63,727 nt of DNA, taken from positions 1-63,727 of the IMG/VR virus record IMGVR_UViG_3300033153_006754, one strand, 5' to 3'. A model generated the notes under the pieces. That model worked only from the letters and a program-made list of their open reading frames with translations. It was not told the DNA's origin and searched no databases. The stretch is from a virus. Its lineage: Duplodnaviria; Caudoviricetes. Both the position numbers and the translations under genes were made by a program. The first letter of the stretch is position 1; the number at the start of each line of letters is the position of its first letter. Below are positions 1 through 12,200 of this stretch, piece after piece.

Positions 1-36
1 CAACTGCGTAGTAGGCTTCTTTGGGAGCGTACTCGG

Positions 37-1170
37 TCATGCTATTGCCACCGTAACAGGGTTCTCAGACTGCGGGTCTGGGGTGAACAGCTGGTCTTCC
101 AGCAACCGGTGGTTCCTCACCAGCTGTGGTCTTCGGTCAAAGTTCAGGCACACGATCCTGTGATCATACACCCGGGAGTCAGCATCCTGGATCCTCTGGG
201 ACATCTGACGTACCACAAACTCCCCGGCCATCTGGATGTCGTCAAAGTACCCGAGTATCACAGACCTCACGGCCTCCTTGACATTGGCTACCTGTGTAGA
301 TGGGGTCTCCCTGGTCGTCTGGATCTGCACATAAGTCTCAAAGGTAACCATGTCTGGAGCTCGAGCTGAGAGCCTGATCCCGCCGGACTTCTCACGCTCG
401 CCTAGGAACTGGCACGCCTGAACTATTGAGTCAGACACCCAGTTCCCGGTCGGGAGGATCAGGGCGTCCATGTAGCCGGCAAACTCGTTCATGATGATGT
501 CAGAGACACCAGGCACAGGCAGCATGGCCAGCCGTACTGCGGTGAGGTTGCCTGACTCAAGCACTGCCCTGCTGTTGGCGATCCTGTACCTGTAGTTGTC
601 GTCACCTTCAACATCCTGTCCTGAGCTGATGTTCTTCTCGTTGGTGACGAACACATCAGGGTTGCCGAGGGAGTGTACTGTGAGGATGTTGGTGCCAACG
701 TTGTTCTCAGTGCCAGAGGACTGTGCGGCCGCGGACACATACACTTGGTCTGTGACAGCGTCAAAGTTGGCTGCCACAGTAACCTGGTAAGTGATGCTGC
801 CAGTTGGATCAGTGATAGTGGTCCCGATCGGGATGACACCAGACCCGATCTTGGACTTCAGGGTACCGGTGACCACATAGAACTTGATGATCTTGTCCTC
901 ACGGTCCACAAGGGCCGTCTGAGAGGATCTTCGTATGGTTCCTGTGAGAGACCCAAGCAGGTCCAGGAAGATGCCTGTGGACGTACTCAGGAAGCCCATG
1001 GCGACGTTGAACTTCAGGGTGTCATAGGCCTCGCCAACGCGTCTGTTCATGATCTGGAGAAGGGCGAGTGCCCTGGCACCTGCTGTCAGGTTAGTAACGA
1101 CCCCCTCGCCGACCATCTCGGCCTGGCTTCGCGCGTCGAGCTCAGCAGTGGTCTTGAAATCCATTACCAT
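37..1170 (-). CDS. Baseplate J/gp47-like wedge protein
   Basis: 377 aa; LDLLG..GTIRR, AQSSGTENNVGTN, SGQDVEGDDNYRYRI motifs typical of baseplate J; end of tail module. Confidence 0.85.
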   Translation of the reverse strand: MVMDFKTTAELDARSQAEMVGEGVVTNLTAGARALALLQIMNRRVGEAYDTLKFNVAMGFLSTSTGIFLDLLGSLTGTIRRSSQTALVDREDKIIKFYVVTGTLKSKIGSGVIPIGTTITDPTGSITYQVTVAANFDAVTDQVYVSAAAQSSGTENNVGTNILTVHSLGNPDVFVTNEKNISSGQDVEGDDNYRYRIANSRAVLESGNLTAVRLAMLPVPGVSDIIMNEFAGYMDALILPTGNWVSDSIVQACQFLGEREKSGGIRLSARAPDMVTFETYVQIQTTRETPSTQVANVKEAVRSVILGYFDDIQMAGEFVVRQMSQRIQDADSRVYDHRIVCLNFDRRPQLVRNHRLLEDQLFTPDPQSENPVTVAIA

Positions 1171-1173
1171 GGT

Positions 1174-1638
1174 CTACTCCTTCCCGCCGGTAATACGGGA
1201 GATGTAACCTGTCTTGGTGCTGTAGGTGAAGGCCAGGACCGTGGCCGCCTGATCATACTGGTTCTGATTCAGGGCTTCAATGTCCTCGACATAGTCCTGG
1301 ATGAAGATATAGATGGCCAGCGGGCCGTTCACGATATCGTATGGCACCACGTCAACAGCTATTGCTGACCTCTCAAACCTGCCATCTCTGATCAATGAGT
1401 AGTAGACAGCCTCCTTCATGGAGTCTGCGGTCTGCTGCGTGCAACCTCTGCCTACAAACTGGGACAGGTTAGCAGGTAGATAGGGCTCTGGTTCGAAGTC
1501 AAAGAACTCCCCAGCCACGCGGAACTGCACGTCTTGGAGCAGTGTACGTGGCACTGTGGCCAGGCTGAGGTCTCCTGTGTTGTCAATGACGATATCCCCA
1601 TCGTCAGTCATCTCGATGTCTTTGGCGACTTGAGGCAT
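1174..1638 (-). CDS. Baseplate wedge / sheath initiator (gp25/DUF2634-like)
   Basis: 154 aa, acidic, GDIVID..GDL start and SLIRDGRF..IAVDVVP; directly upstream of J-like gene. Confidence 0.7.
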   Translation of the reverse strand: MPQVAKDIEMTDDGDIVIDNTGDLSLATVPRTLLQDVQFRVAGEFFDFEPEPYLPANLSQFVGRGCTQQTADSMKEAVYYSLIRDGRFERSAIAVDVVPYDIVNGPLAIYIFIQDYVEDIEALNQNQYDQAATVLAFTYSTKTGYISRITGGKE

Positions 1639-2270
1639 TAGCGTTCAGCCTCCTGTAGGTCAAGGAGAGCCTGGTGCACTGGTATTGCCACGCTCTTGAT
1701 GATGGATACTATCCACGTCGGCATCTGGGACAACATGGTTGGGTAGTGATTGACCAGGTTCTGGGGCACGTACTCGGCCCTGGGGTTAAAGATCTTGTCC
1801 TTGAACAGGGTCCGCGGCAGCTTGGTGTCAGTCCTGAGCTGCTGGCCGCCGGCCCTGAGGTCACTACCAGCTTTGGCGTCAAACGTGAACCCAGGGTTTG
1901 CTGGGTCAGGTATGTTGGAGCCCACAGACTCCTTGCCAAACCATACGTTCTGGGATCCGATCCCGATCTTGGCCATGTCTTCTGTCCACTCCTGCTGACC
2001 TGGTTCATTGCCACCTGTCTCATCCCTCAGCTGGCTTATCATGCCATCCCTGGAGGCACGTTCAGGCGCCTTCAGCTGGTCCTCAATGAATGCCAGATAG
2101 GTCTCAGCATCCACCGGTGAGTTGAGGTCAAGACCATAGATAGTAGACACATCCGCTGGCAAGCCATCTGGTGAGTCAAGGTCAAGGCCATGGGCCATAC
2201 GCGACTCACGTGATCCCTCAGCCGGTATGTTGTACGGCTGCCCCTCACCTATCGGGAATTCGTTGACCAT
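1638..2270 (-). CDS. Hypothetical baseplate-region protein
   Basis: 210 aa ORF coupled to neighbours; internal repeat HGLDLDSP/YGLDLNSP. Confidence 0.55.
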   Translation of the reverse strand: MVNEFPIGEGQPYNIPAEGSRESRMAHGLDLDSPDGLPADVSTIYGLDLNSPVDAETYLAFIEDQLKAPERASRDGMISQLRDETGGNEPGQQEWTEDMAKIGIGSQNVWFGKESVGSNIPDPANPGFTFDAKAGSDLRAGGQQLRTDTKLPRTLFKDKIFNPRAEYVPQNLVNHYPTMLSQMPTWIVSIIKSVAIPVHQALLDLQEAER

Positions 2271-2866
2271 GGACCAGCTCCCTTGTTGAAGTTCGGCTTT
2301 GGTTCACGAAGAGCGAAGGCACTGTAACGTTGCTCCTCAGTGCCCTCGCTGAACACGGTCTTCAGCCTTAGCTTGCCTGTGGAACCACCTCGTATAGAGT
2401 TTGAGTTGCTTACTACAACCACCTCCCACTCTCGTGGATCAGGGATCCTCTGGATGTCACTCAGTTCGAGCCTGACCTGTACAATGATGCGCCTTAACAG
2501 CTTCTGATGCAACAGTGTCTTCAGTCCCGGGTTGGCCTCCAGGTATTCCAGGTCAGTAGCTATTCCGGCTGAGTTCACAATATCGGACCAGCTGCTGATC
2601 TTGGTGTCAAGAAGCTTGCCAATGCGTACGTTAACAATGTCAATGGTACCGTTCCTGTGCAGTCCCCACCCCATCGAATCCTCACCAGGGAAGCTGCCAA
2701 GCTTCTGGCCTGGTAGTATGTTCCAGTTCCTGACACCATGTTCAACTGGATCAAACACTGGGCCACGGAAGATCGGTACCACGATCTCCTCTCCATGCAT
2801 CCCATGCTGGGCCTTCTTCTCAGGCCCAAGGTGAGATACCTGAGCTTGTTTCAGCATACCTTCCAT
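2249..2866 (-). CDS. Hypothetical baseplate-region protein
   Basis: 205 aa ORF overlapping hub stop codon (TAATG). Confidence 0.55.
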   Translation of the reverse strand: MEGMLKQAQVSHLGPEKKAQHGMHGEEIVVPIFRGPVFDPVEHGVRNWNILPGQKLGSFPGEDSMGWGLHRNGTIDIVNVRIGKLLDTKISSWSDIVNSAGIATDLEYLEANPGLKTLLHQKLLRRIIVQVRLELSDIQRIPDPREWEVVVVSNSNSIRGGSTGKLRLKTVFSEGTEEQRYSAFALREPKPNFNKGAGPWSTNSR

Positions 2867-5800
2867 TACAGACCTACCTGATCTTCAGCAGCCTCACTTA
2901 GTATACTGAGGCCGCGTTTGAAGTTGGCAATCTTCTTGAACATCCTGAGCTGCCAATTCCCGTCGCCGAACCCACGCAGGCCGGCCGTCCATGGTACGTT
3001 GTTGCGTATCAATGGGATGATATCAATTGGGATCTGTTGTCTGCCATAGGTGCCCCTGCCCATCATGTTGCCCCAGATGCCAGCGCCAGATTCTTCATTC
3101 AGCTTCCAGCTTTGGTAGATACCCTGGCCAATGACACCTGCGCCGCCACCTATCAGGCCGGCTGCAAGCGCCATACCTGTACCGACAAAAGGTACGTTCC
3201 TGATTACACCAGGCATAAGACTCTTGGCTGCCAAGCCTGTGGCAATGCCTGCACCAAGGCCTGTGCCAACCATCTTGGCCAAGGACCCAAGGGCATTGAA
3301 TTGACCGCACACCATGGAATCCATCCATTGGGACCTGGACTGTGGTATGGCCAGCAGTTGTGGTATCACCGTTGTGGTGTATCCAGTTTCAGAACTGAAG
3401 TTGGTCAGCACGCGCTCCACTTCGATCGGGCCAAAGATGTTCTCGTATGGATCATTTATCCAGATGATGTCGTGAGGCTTGATCCTTGGGTTGCCACGCA
3501 GGATCAACTCACCACGGTACATTGGTCTCAGGGCTTCAGCCAGGTTGGACCACACACATTGCCTGGCTTTCTCAGTCTCTTCAGCGTTGATCTCGGTAAC
3601 CAGGCGTACCTTCTTCTCTGATGGCAGGATGTTCTTGTCTACCATGACCTCCATGGTCTGCCAGTCAATGTTGTTCGCCATGAAGTAGCGGCCGCCACCT
3701 TCGCCGTAGTCTATATCGTCCGGATACTTTACCACTACTGTGTTGGCCATCTGTTCCTTGGTGGCAACGATCTTGTTGGCAATGATGTCCTTGACAGCTG
3801 AAACATAGTGGTGATCACGGAACCTCTTGGTCCTTGGGTTGTGCTCAAAGCGCTCAGACAGGCGACCAGCATTGTAGGCTGCCTCAAGAACAGATGTGTC
3901 ACCCTCAATGATCTTGAGCTGTATGAATATCTTGAAGAAGTTCAGGAAGTCCTTCCAGGATGGTATGTAGTCAATGATGGCATTGACAGACGTCTCGTAC
4001 TTGTCACGAGGTATCTGCTTACCCTGAAAGTCCACCACGCCTGCATTATTGTCATGCTTGGCGTTCCACGTACGTACATCAGTCGACATATCAAACGTCT
4101 GGTACCTGAGGTCGTTGTTGAACTTCTTGGTGCCGTCATTCTTGACGCTGATGTCACCCACCTTGTCACGCCATCCTGGTAGTTTGGCAAGCATTGATCC
4201 TGGCAAGGCGCCAATGGTGTGCGCTTTGGTAAGCGCAGCATACAGGTCAGTGGCTGCTGCCCCAGCATCAACATAGTCCTTGGTGGCCATATTCAGGGCG
4301 AACGATGCAAAGGCTCGTACTGACTTTACACCAGCTGCAGCTGTAGTCCAGCCAGAACCATACTTTCCGGTGTAGCGATCAAAGAAGTAAACTGATAGTG
4401 CCTTGAGCATGGTGGTGCCGAGGTGCTTCTCTATATACGTCAACTCAGCAGTACGGTCCGGAGACTCGTAGTACCCGAACAGGTTGTCCTCACCAACACG
4501 TCTCCCGGCTGCCTCCCAGTCTTTACCCATGTAACCAAGAGACACCATGCCGAGAACCTTCCCTGGGAGCCCTCCAGCATACCTTGCATAGGCCTTGCTA
4601 CGCTCTCTCCCTGAACTGTGCCTGGCCTTTGCAGTGACTCGGGCAACCGTACCAAACGGGCTGCTCTCGAACTGGGTCATCAAGTTCACGAAGGCAAGGT
4701 CAACGGCCTTGGATTCTTTGGTCTTCTTGTCCTGATGCTCCTGCCAGAGCTTCTCCTCGTCAAACTTTGTAGCTGTGTAGAAGTAGCGCTGCTCAGGTTT
4801 GCCAAAGAACAAGGTGGCGTTGTGATCATATGGGCGAACATCACACACGTATCCTGGCATGTGTCTGGTGACTTCATGCAGAACCTCAAGTCCGGACTTG
4901 TCAGGAATCAGGAACTCGCGTTTCCAGGCCAGGGCCTCTCTCAGGGTTGAGTGCCTGGGCAGGTACACATTACTCATCTTCCTGTTTGTGGTGTAGCTGA
5001 CAAGGCTGTCAGCTATGGATCCAAACTTGGAAGCAATGGCATCAGCTACCCACGCAGAGCCTGCGCCGATATCACTTACCAGAGAGTTCTCACTGACAAT
5101 GTTGCCAGGAGTAGGATCCACAAAGTTTGCTACGTCGCCAACAGTATCTGTGGCGTAGTTGGTAACGCCACTGTAAGCGTCTCGAGCTTTCTGGTCAGAC
5201 TCACTGTTACCCTTGGGGCCCTGACGATAACCCTGCCAGCCAAGTCTCTCTGTGGACTGTGGGTTATATACTGAGCCATCCCTGGCCTTGCCATTTATCA
5301 GGCCCACCTCATATGGACTCCAGCTACCAAAGTGCATTGTTGGTGACTCATCCATAACCCACTTGACAACGTCCAGCGGATCAGCGTCGCTACCATCAAG
5401 ATATGTGTTCAGTGGTACAGAGAGCTCGTTCTTGTAGCTCTGGCAGGTCAAGGTGATTATGTCACCAGGCTGCACAGCTACTACGATGCCATTGAACTTT
5501 ATCTCCAGGTCCTCTTCACCAGACCCGTAGCCCAGTCTGAGCTGGACATTGGTGCCAACCTGCACATAGAACTTGTCCAGCTCTCGTGGCTCACCGGTTC
5601 CTCTCTCTGTTTCATCACCACCAATAGGAGGCCTTGGGTCCCTGAACTCGGTGTCAGTCTTCTTCCATGAAGCGTTCGCACCGTACTTGTCAGGATCCTC
5701 CATGTGACTGCGCACCTGGTCCAGGTGGCCATTGGTGTTGATGATCTTGATCTCTAGCAAGTCAGGTTCGAACTTGTGTTCGGACATCTGAATGCTGGCT

Positions 5801-8800
5801 ACGGCGTTGTATGAATACAGGTCATCCCAGTAGCCCCAGTTCTCATTGTCCAGTTCAATGAAGTAGAACCGGAACGTCGGGAAGGCCCTGATCATTCTCA
5901 GGGCATCGTCCTTCTGCGACGCAATGGTCTCCCTGAACAAGCTTGTGAGGTGCCTGGGATCGTCATGGACGAACTTGCCAAGCAACTCCTGCATCTTTGG
6001 ATCACCGGGTGCATACCGGTGATGTTCCTCAGTGCCATAACCAGGCTTCGGCTGAGTAGCTGACCAGATGCCGTTCTTGAAGGACCACTTGGCATATGAT
6101 CCATTTGGATGAGGCACGAGGTCCAGGTTATCCATTTTGTTCTCGGCTTCATCAAGGTACATGTTCGCATGCTCGTTGGACCTGGACCTCACCTCCTGTT
6201 CACGTGAAGCATCTGCCAGGTCCTTCTTGATAGCCTTGCTCTTGCCTATGGACTGGTCGTAGTAGTTGGTTGACGGTTGGTATAGGCGCTGACACTCGTC
6301 CTGCACCTCTTCCTCAAAGGAGTCATACAGGTGCGAGGTGCGTTGATGGAAGAAGTAGAAGTCCGGGTCCACAAAGTCACTGAAGCTCTTGGCCAGATCA
6401 AACGGGTCCTTGTTGAGAGGTGCCCTCTTGCCTAGGTCCCTGTATGTAGGCACAAAACGTCTTAGAACCTTCTTGGTTTTTGGACCAACATACTTGTCAG
6501 TGAAGATCCTCAGCAGCTTGGTGTCCATCTCAGCTGATGTAAAGCCAAGCATCTGGCTCACCACGGCCGCATTGCCAATGAATATCTCTGAGTACGTGGG
6601 TAGGTCGAGGTCCGGGTACATGGACTTACCACGGTTATCCTCTATCCGGCCCTTAACGTACTGCCTGACTTCTTCCCAGTTCTCTACAGCGTAGTCAGCA
6701 AACTGTTCGAGCCAGCCATTCTCCAGTGAGAATTCCCTGATCTTGGTAATAGCTTCCAGTATTGGCTCAAGCATACTTGCAGGAGTGGTGAATAGCTGAA
6801 CGTTACCGGTAATTTTGGACAGCTTTACCTGAGGCACAATCTGCACAGTCTTCCCGAACACACTCAGATTGACCTTGGACTGCCTCCAGAATTCGATGGC
6901 CTCTCTAGCCAGCTTCTTGCAGGTCACCTCCAGGCTGTAACGGGCATCCAGCTGAGCATCAAGCTCAGTTCTGATATTCCTGCCAATAATTCCTGCAGTA
7001 CGTCCAACACGAGATGTGCTATCAACTAGCGGGATGCCCGCCCTCAGTGCATACGTAGTACTGCGTGCTACCTTGCTGAGCCTGCCAGTACCGAGGTATC
7101 CAGGATCATCCTTCACTCTTTGCCTGGCCTTCTGCTTCAGGTACTCACGCACCATGGCTCTTACATGTTGGTCATTCATTAGCACATGGGTAACCACTCG
7201 CTCAGATATGATTCCAGGGTCTCGCGGCTTGCCACTTCCATAGAGAACGTTGTGGCAGTACAAACCAGCGTCAGACTCGTTGGCCAGGCGTCCTCGCTGA
7301 GTTGCATTGTCACCACGGTTGTAGTCCTCGGCGAGCTTTACAGCGAGCTTGAGAGAACCTTCCTTTAGTGCAGCACGAGATCCAACAGATGGCTGGGCAC
7401 GTCTCAAGGCCTCCCTCTTGTCCTGGCTGGCCGTGTATTCGGTCATGTGCAGGAGCACTGTGGACGAATATAGCTGTCCAGGATTGTTCTTGGTGGTGAC
7501 ACCATCGATCTGTACGTACCTGATGCCTGCCAGGGCGAGCAGGTCGTTCCAGGCTCTTATACGGGTGTTCCTCCTGACCTTGGGGCCACCCATGAGACCC
7601 ACACGTTCAGATTCAAGCTTCATCTTCTGGATGCTGGCCACACCCAGATCGTGATCACTCTTGTTGTCAGCTGTGATGTCAAACGCTACAGACACCTTGG
7701 AATTTATGGCACCCATGTGCTGGGCAGTACCATACAACCCACCATGAATCGGCTGGAGGGCTATCTTGTTCTGTATCGTGATCACACACTCAGCTGGCAT
7801 GATGTTCGGGTCGTTGTCCTTGATCAGGAGATCCGCGGTCTTTGGCCGAACCATCTTCTGGGTCTTGATGTTCTTCCCTGCCATCAGGAAGGACTTGCCA
7901 CCATACACCTTGTCCTCACGGATCCTTGGCACGAGGTCACTGCTGGCAGGTTCGTTCTCTGATACCTCCTCGAGTCTTGGTATCGGATACTTGAACTTCC
8001 ACTGTTTGGCACCTTTAGATGACACCTTGCCGAGGAAGCGCTGGGCCTTGTCAAAGGTCTGCTCGTTCTCGCCGTTGCCACGAGCGTTGAGGAACCTGGT
8101 GTTGATGTACTTCTCGAAGTATGGGCACTGGCCTATGTCCAGTGTGGGTCCGCCCTGCACGTCTTTGTAGGCGAACTCGGGAACGTATGGGCCATGAGCG
8201 AAGTAGAGCACTGACATCCTGACCTTCAGGCAGTCACGTTCACCCTGACCAGCCATGATCTCCATGGTGTTAAACACGACTGGTACTACAGGGCGCCTCG
8301 ATGCTTCAGACAGTCCTGTCTGCATCAGCTCAGAGTGCAGATTCTTGATCTCATCTATTATCCGGTAAGCCTCCTTCATCAGGTTCTCAAGATTCCAGAG
8401 GTTCACATAGGACTTGCCCAGTGCACGCTCTGTTGGCTGGAGGATCCTCGTACGACGATCTGGTCGCTTCAGCACACTGTCATCGTTACGACCATCCTCA
8501 GGCCTGCTGACCAGGTCTGTGGCCTCCTGGAACAGATCATATGGTAGGTAGGACCTGTACTTCTCTATTACCTGAGCATCGTTGACACCATGCTTGATCC
8601 TGGCGACGGCCATCAGTATTGGGTTTGAGGAGATAGCCTCCAGCATCTTGCCATGAATATCCTTGTAAAGATCATACAGCCGGTTGATCTTCAGGCGGGC
8701 GTCATCCAGCATCTTCACGTCTACCGCAGCTGCAGCTGCCATGACAGCGTTGTAGATATAGTGGCTCTCGAGTGGCAGGAATGGCGACGCCCTGAACTGG

Positions 8801-9237
8801 GCGATGATAGTTCTCAGCTCAGAGTTAATGGAGTCCAGGTTAGGGAACTCGAGGTTAAGGTCGATCCTGACTTGCCCACGGCCAGTCTTTACCAGTGCGT
8901 TGGAGTCAGTCCTGAGGCCAGAGATATCGTCGTTGTACCTGATCTCGTTGATACGGATGGCCTGTGGTGGAACAGTCATCCAGGTCAGCCCGACACGGAT
9001 CTCACTGAATGGATCATGTGGACCCGTTTCACTGGACACAACACGTGCCCTGAGGTTACTCTCGATCTCATTGGCTGTCAGGCGGTCAAACCCGTCGGCC
9101 ACGTCTGAGAGCCTGTCAGTAGGTGCCTTGTAGCTGGCAGCCTGAGCCTTGATCCTGTTAACCACTACCTCGTAGTTCTTGTACAGGGGCTCTACGTCCT
9201 GCGTGCGGGTCAGCTCTAGTGTCGACTGTACAGGCAT
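2866..9237 (-). CDS. Giant baseplate hub / tail-tip protein
   Basis: 2123 aa; hub-like motifs VQLRLGYGS..FNGIV and RGELILRGNPRIKPHDII..IEVERVLTNFS..GYTTTV; Gly-rich hydrophobic C-terminus. Confidence 0.7.
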   Translation of the reverse strand: MPVQSTLELTRTQDVEPLYKNYEVVVNRIKAQAASYKAPTDRLSDVADGFDRLTANEIESNLRARVVSSETGPHDPFSEIRVGLTWMTVPPQAIRINEIRYNDDISGLRTDSNALVKTGRGQVRIDLNLEFPNLDSINSELRTIIAQFRASPFLPLESHYIYNAVMAAAAAVDVKMLDDARLKINRLYDLYKDIHGKMLEAISSNPILMAVARIKHGVNDAQVIEKYRSYLPYDLFQEATDLVSRPEDGRNDDSVLKRPDRRTRILQPTERALGKSYVNLWNLENLMKEAYRIIDEIKNLHSELMQTGLSEASRRPVVPVVFNTMEIMAGQGERDCLKVRMSVLYFAHGPYVPEFAYKDVQGGPTLDIGQCPYFEKYINTRFLNARGNGENEQTFDKAQRFLGKVSSKGAKQWKFKYPIPRLEEVSENEPASSDLVPRIREDKVYGGKSFLMAGKNIKTQKMVRPKTADLLIKDNDPNIMPAECVITIQNKIALQPIHGGLYGTAQHMGAINSKVSVAFDITADNKSDHDLGVASIQKMKLESERVGLMGGPKVRRNTRIRAWNDLLALAGIRYVQIDGVTTKNNPGQLYSSTVLLHMTEYTASQDKREALRRAQPSVGSRAALKEGSLKLAVKLAEDYNRGDNATQRGRLANESDAGLYCHNVLYGSGKPRDPGIISERVVTHVLMNDQHVRAMVREYLKQKARQRVKDDPGYLGTGRLSKVARSTTYALRAGIPLVDSTSRVGRTAGIIGRNIRTELDAQLDARYSLEVTCKKLAREAIEFWRQSKVNLSVFGKTVQIVPQVKLSKITGNVQLFTTPASMLEPILEAITKIREFSLENGWLEQFADYAVENWEEVRQYVKGRIEDNRGKSMYPDLDLPTYSEIFIGNAAVVSQMLGFTSAEMDTKLLRIFTDKYVGPKTKKVLRRFVPTYRDLGKRAPLNKDPFDLAKSFSDFVDPDFYFFHQRTSHLYDSFEEEVQDECQRLYQPSTNYYDQSIGKSKAIKKDLADASREQEVRSRSNEHANMYLDEAENKMDNLDLVPHPNGSYAKWSFKNGIWSATQPKPGYGTEEHHRYAPGDPKMQELLGKFVHDDPRHLTSLFRETIASQKDDALRMIRAFPTFRFYFIELDNENWGYWDDLYSYNAVASIQMSEHKFEPDLLEIKIINTNGHLDQVRSHMEDPDKYGANASWKKTDTEFRDPRPPIGGDETERGTGEPRELDKFYVQVGTNVQLRLGYGSGEEDLEIKFNGIVVAVQPGDIITLTCQSYKNELSVPLNTYLDGSDADPLDVVKWVMDESPTMHFGSWSPYEVGLINGKARDGSVYNPQSTERLGWQGYRQGPKGNSESDQKARDAYSGVTNYATDTVGDVANFVDPTPGNIVSENSLVSDIGAGSAWVADAIASKFGSIADSLVSYTTNRKMSNVYLPRHSTLREALAWKREFLIPDKSGLEVLHEVTRHMPGYVCDVRPYDHNATLFFGKPEQRYFYTATKFDEEKLWQEHQDKKTKESKAVDLAFVNLMTQFESSPFGTVARVTAKARHSSGRERSKAYARYAGGLPGKVLGMVSLGYMGKDWEAAGRRVGEDNLFGYYESPDRTAELTYIEKHLGTTMLKALSVYFFDRYTGKYGSGWTTAAAGVKSVRAFASFALNMATKDYVDAGAAATDLYAALTKAHTIGALPGSMLAKLPGWRDKVGDISVKNDGTKKFNNDLRYQTFDMSTDVRTWNAKHDNNAGVVDFQGKQIPRDKYETSVNAIIDYIPSWKDFLNFFKIFIQLKIIEGDTSVLEAAYNAGRLSERFEHNPRTKRFRDHHYVSAVKDIIANKIVATKEQMANTVVVKYPDDIDYGEGGGRYFMANNIDWQTMEVMVDKNILPSEKKVRLVTEINAEETEKARQCVWSNLAEALRPMYRGELILRGNPRIKPHDIIWINDPYENIFGPIEVERVLTNFSSETGYTTTVIPQLLAIPQSRSQWMDSMVCGQFNALGSLAKMVGTGLGAGIATGLAAKSLMPGVIRNVPFVGTGMALAAGLIGGGAGVIGQGIYQSWKLNEESGAGIWGNMMGRGTYGRQQIPIDIIPLIRNNVPWTAGLRGFGDGNWQLRMFKKIANFKRGLSILSEAAEDQVGL

Positions 9238-12200
9238 TAGGTGAACGAGCTCAACATACTACTACGGCTATCCATCATCCTCTGGATGGTACCTTCATTT
9301 GGGTCCCACCTGTTTGACGTGAGGTCAACCCGCATACCAAGGGCTTCGCTCATTATAGACTCAATATCATCGTCAGCACTCGAACCTTCTGGTTGGGTGG
9401 CTTCAATTGTTACTCCACCACGCATGTACTCAGGCAACGAAACCATTGCTGGAGGCTCGGTCGTCGGGGATATATAAGGCATCTGCTCCTTGCTCCTGCC
9501 CATTGCAGCCATGGCAGGCTGCATTGGTGAGCCTCCGCCAACTGGTGGTCCAGTGAGGATCAGCGGCCTCTGTTCAGAGTCGGCAATGCCAGGTCCTATG
9601 TCCAGACCAAATCCGGACATGTTTACCCTGGGCCCAAACGATGGCTTCACTGGCCACATGCCGGTAGGTGAGTCCTGCCCATAGTGCTCTGAGTCAAACC
9701 CGACCTGGTCACTGACATATGCGAACAGCCCACCAGGCTTCTTGCCTAGGTTGTAGGGCATCTCCGGTGGCTGCCATGGCCCACCACCCATTGGTATAGG
9801 CAGAGCGGCCATGATCACCGGCGGAGGTGGACCCATAACCTGGTCTGCAGTCATCCGCGGCGGGCCCTCGGGGCCGTAGCCACCAAGCAGCGTGCTCTTG
9901 GCTACGGCGCCCAAGATGATGGCAGCTCCAGTAATCACCCCGGCCTTCTGCCAGTATGGAGTCTTGGTGTTGGTCCACCAGCCAGTAGCCCTGTCCAGTA
10001 CAGTAGTCTTTGCGGCCGCGCCGGCCTGCTTTATACTGTCGTTGCTAACTGCCTGCTCAGCTATGCGGTATTCACGAGCCTGTAGTGCCTTGGCGGCTTC
10101 GTCAACACTGGTAGCCTCACTGAAGCCCATGACCTTGCCAAGACCAGCCATGTCTGTGTACAGCTTGGCGGACTGGTCATAGGCTGTTCTGACACCTGAC
10201 TCTGTTGATGCTCGCTCATAGATATCCAGCACACCCTCAAGACCATGGAAGGCGGCCATGAAGCCTTCTCTACCCTTGCTGAACTGCTTCATGATCTCTG
10301 GGTACTGACCTCTTTGCCGTACGGCGCCGACACCAAGCATCTGCTTCATGGCATTGATGGCAGTAGATTCCCTGCCGAGAACACCAGCAGCTGCTCCTCT
10401 ACCACCAACAGTAAATGGCTCCCCTCTACCCTTCAGGGCCTGGTAGATCTCCCTGCCAGACGCACCGGGCTTGGCTCCAGTGAGCTTGACAACAAGACCA
10501 TGAGCCTCAGCCGCTGCTGCATTGAACTTGTCAGGAGAAGCCTTGGGGTCCCACGAGGTGTTCATCAGCTCAAACAGCCTGATCGCACCCTGACTCTCTG
10601 TGCCACTCTTGGCGATGGCTGTCTGCTGCTCGATGATCCCGAAGATGCCACCAAGCGCGCCGGACAAGCGCTCACTGGCGCCGAGGATCCCCATCTCCCT
10701 TAGGTCACCAACCATTGCCTTCTGGGTTGACAGCGTCCTGAACTGCTGCATGTACCAGTTAACAGTAGGAGTAAGGGCCTTGGTGCCATACTTGGCTGCT
10801 ATATCAGTACCCTTGGCTATGCGTGCGTGAATGGACTGCGTCTTGATGTCAGCCATTTTGATAAGGGTGCTGTGGCGAATGTCCTTGCCTTCACGCCTGG
10901 CTGCCTGGATGGCGTCACTAATCTCTTTGGAAGCACCTGCACTCTCATCAACCATGTTCTTCAGGGTGGGGTCTATCTTGGCCAGCTGAGAGTAGCCCTT
11001 GAGGCGAGGTATGCTGGTCTTCTCATACATCGCCTTGGACAGTTCCTGAGCGTTCTTGCCAGTGAGGAAGGTAACGCCGGCCTTGTCAGCATCGAAGTCC
11101 CTGAACATGGTCAGGGCAACAAGCTGGGAAATGCGCAGTGAGTTGCGACCCAGCTCACCTTCCTTGGCGAGCTTGAACCGCAGCACGTGCTCCATGGTAG
11201 GCCCGATACCAGGCCATGCAGTAGTGCGGCCGTACAGAGATCTTGTAGCTCTGCCTCTGGTGTCAAGGAAGTGCTTGTAGACACCCATCTCCTTGGCAGT
11301 CTCTGGTGAGATGAGTGCAGTGAATGGATCGTCAAGACCAGTACCGAGTGCCTTGGCTACCTTGCCACCAAGACCTCGAGTCTCGCCACCTGGCACCAGG
11401 CTCAGGTAACCACTCTGTGCCATCCTGGCTGTGGACAGGTAGGAGTAGACGCCGGTCTTGTCAGTGAATCCAGAACCCAGCAGGTTGTAGTACTGGTTCA
11501 GACGCTTCTCAATCTGACCGTGGTCAGGATTGGTGGAAGCCAGCGAGAGGAACGCACTCTCATGTGCGCGCACCAGTTTGTCCCTGAACATGCCTATGTC
11601 AGAACCGAGACCTTCTTCAACGGCTGGCATGACACCGCGGTAGAACTCAAGAGCGGGAAGATAGAACTCCCGGGACTTGACACCACGCTCTACTACTCTG
11701 CCGGCCTGATCCTTGATAGCGCCAATCTCAATCGCCTCACCGAGCTTGAAGGCGACACCCTGTTTCCTTAGGGGGCTGGTCTCACCGAATATGGTGCCTC
11801 CGAGCTCCTCCATGGTGAGCTTGGCAGCACCACCAGGAGCTGCCTTGTAGTTGCCATACTTCTTGGCCATGTCCTCTAGGGACAGAGACCCACTGAGCTT
11901 CTGGAAGCCCTTCTCGCCCTTTGGTGACCATGAACCCCATATCCTTCCGAGCTCGGTCTTCTCCTTGCGACCCCAGCCCTTGATGATTCGTTCGTAGTAG
12001 TCAGCAAGTCGGTCCGCCTCTTTAGACTGATACATGCGCAGGTTGATGATGTCCCTGGGACCCATCTTGACACCGCGCGGGTGATAGAGGCGGTTTACTA
12101 TGGTGCGTGCTGCATCCTGGCCTTTGGACCAGTATTGCTCTCCGGCGCGCCCAACATCAGGTTTATCAAGTTCCGAAAGCCTTCCCAGTAATATGTCCAA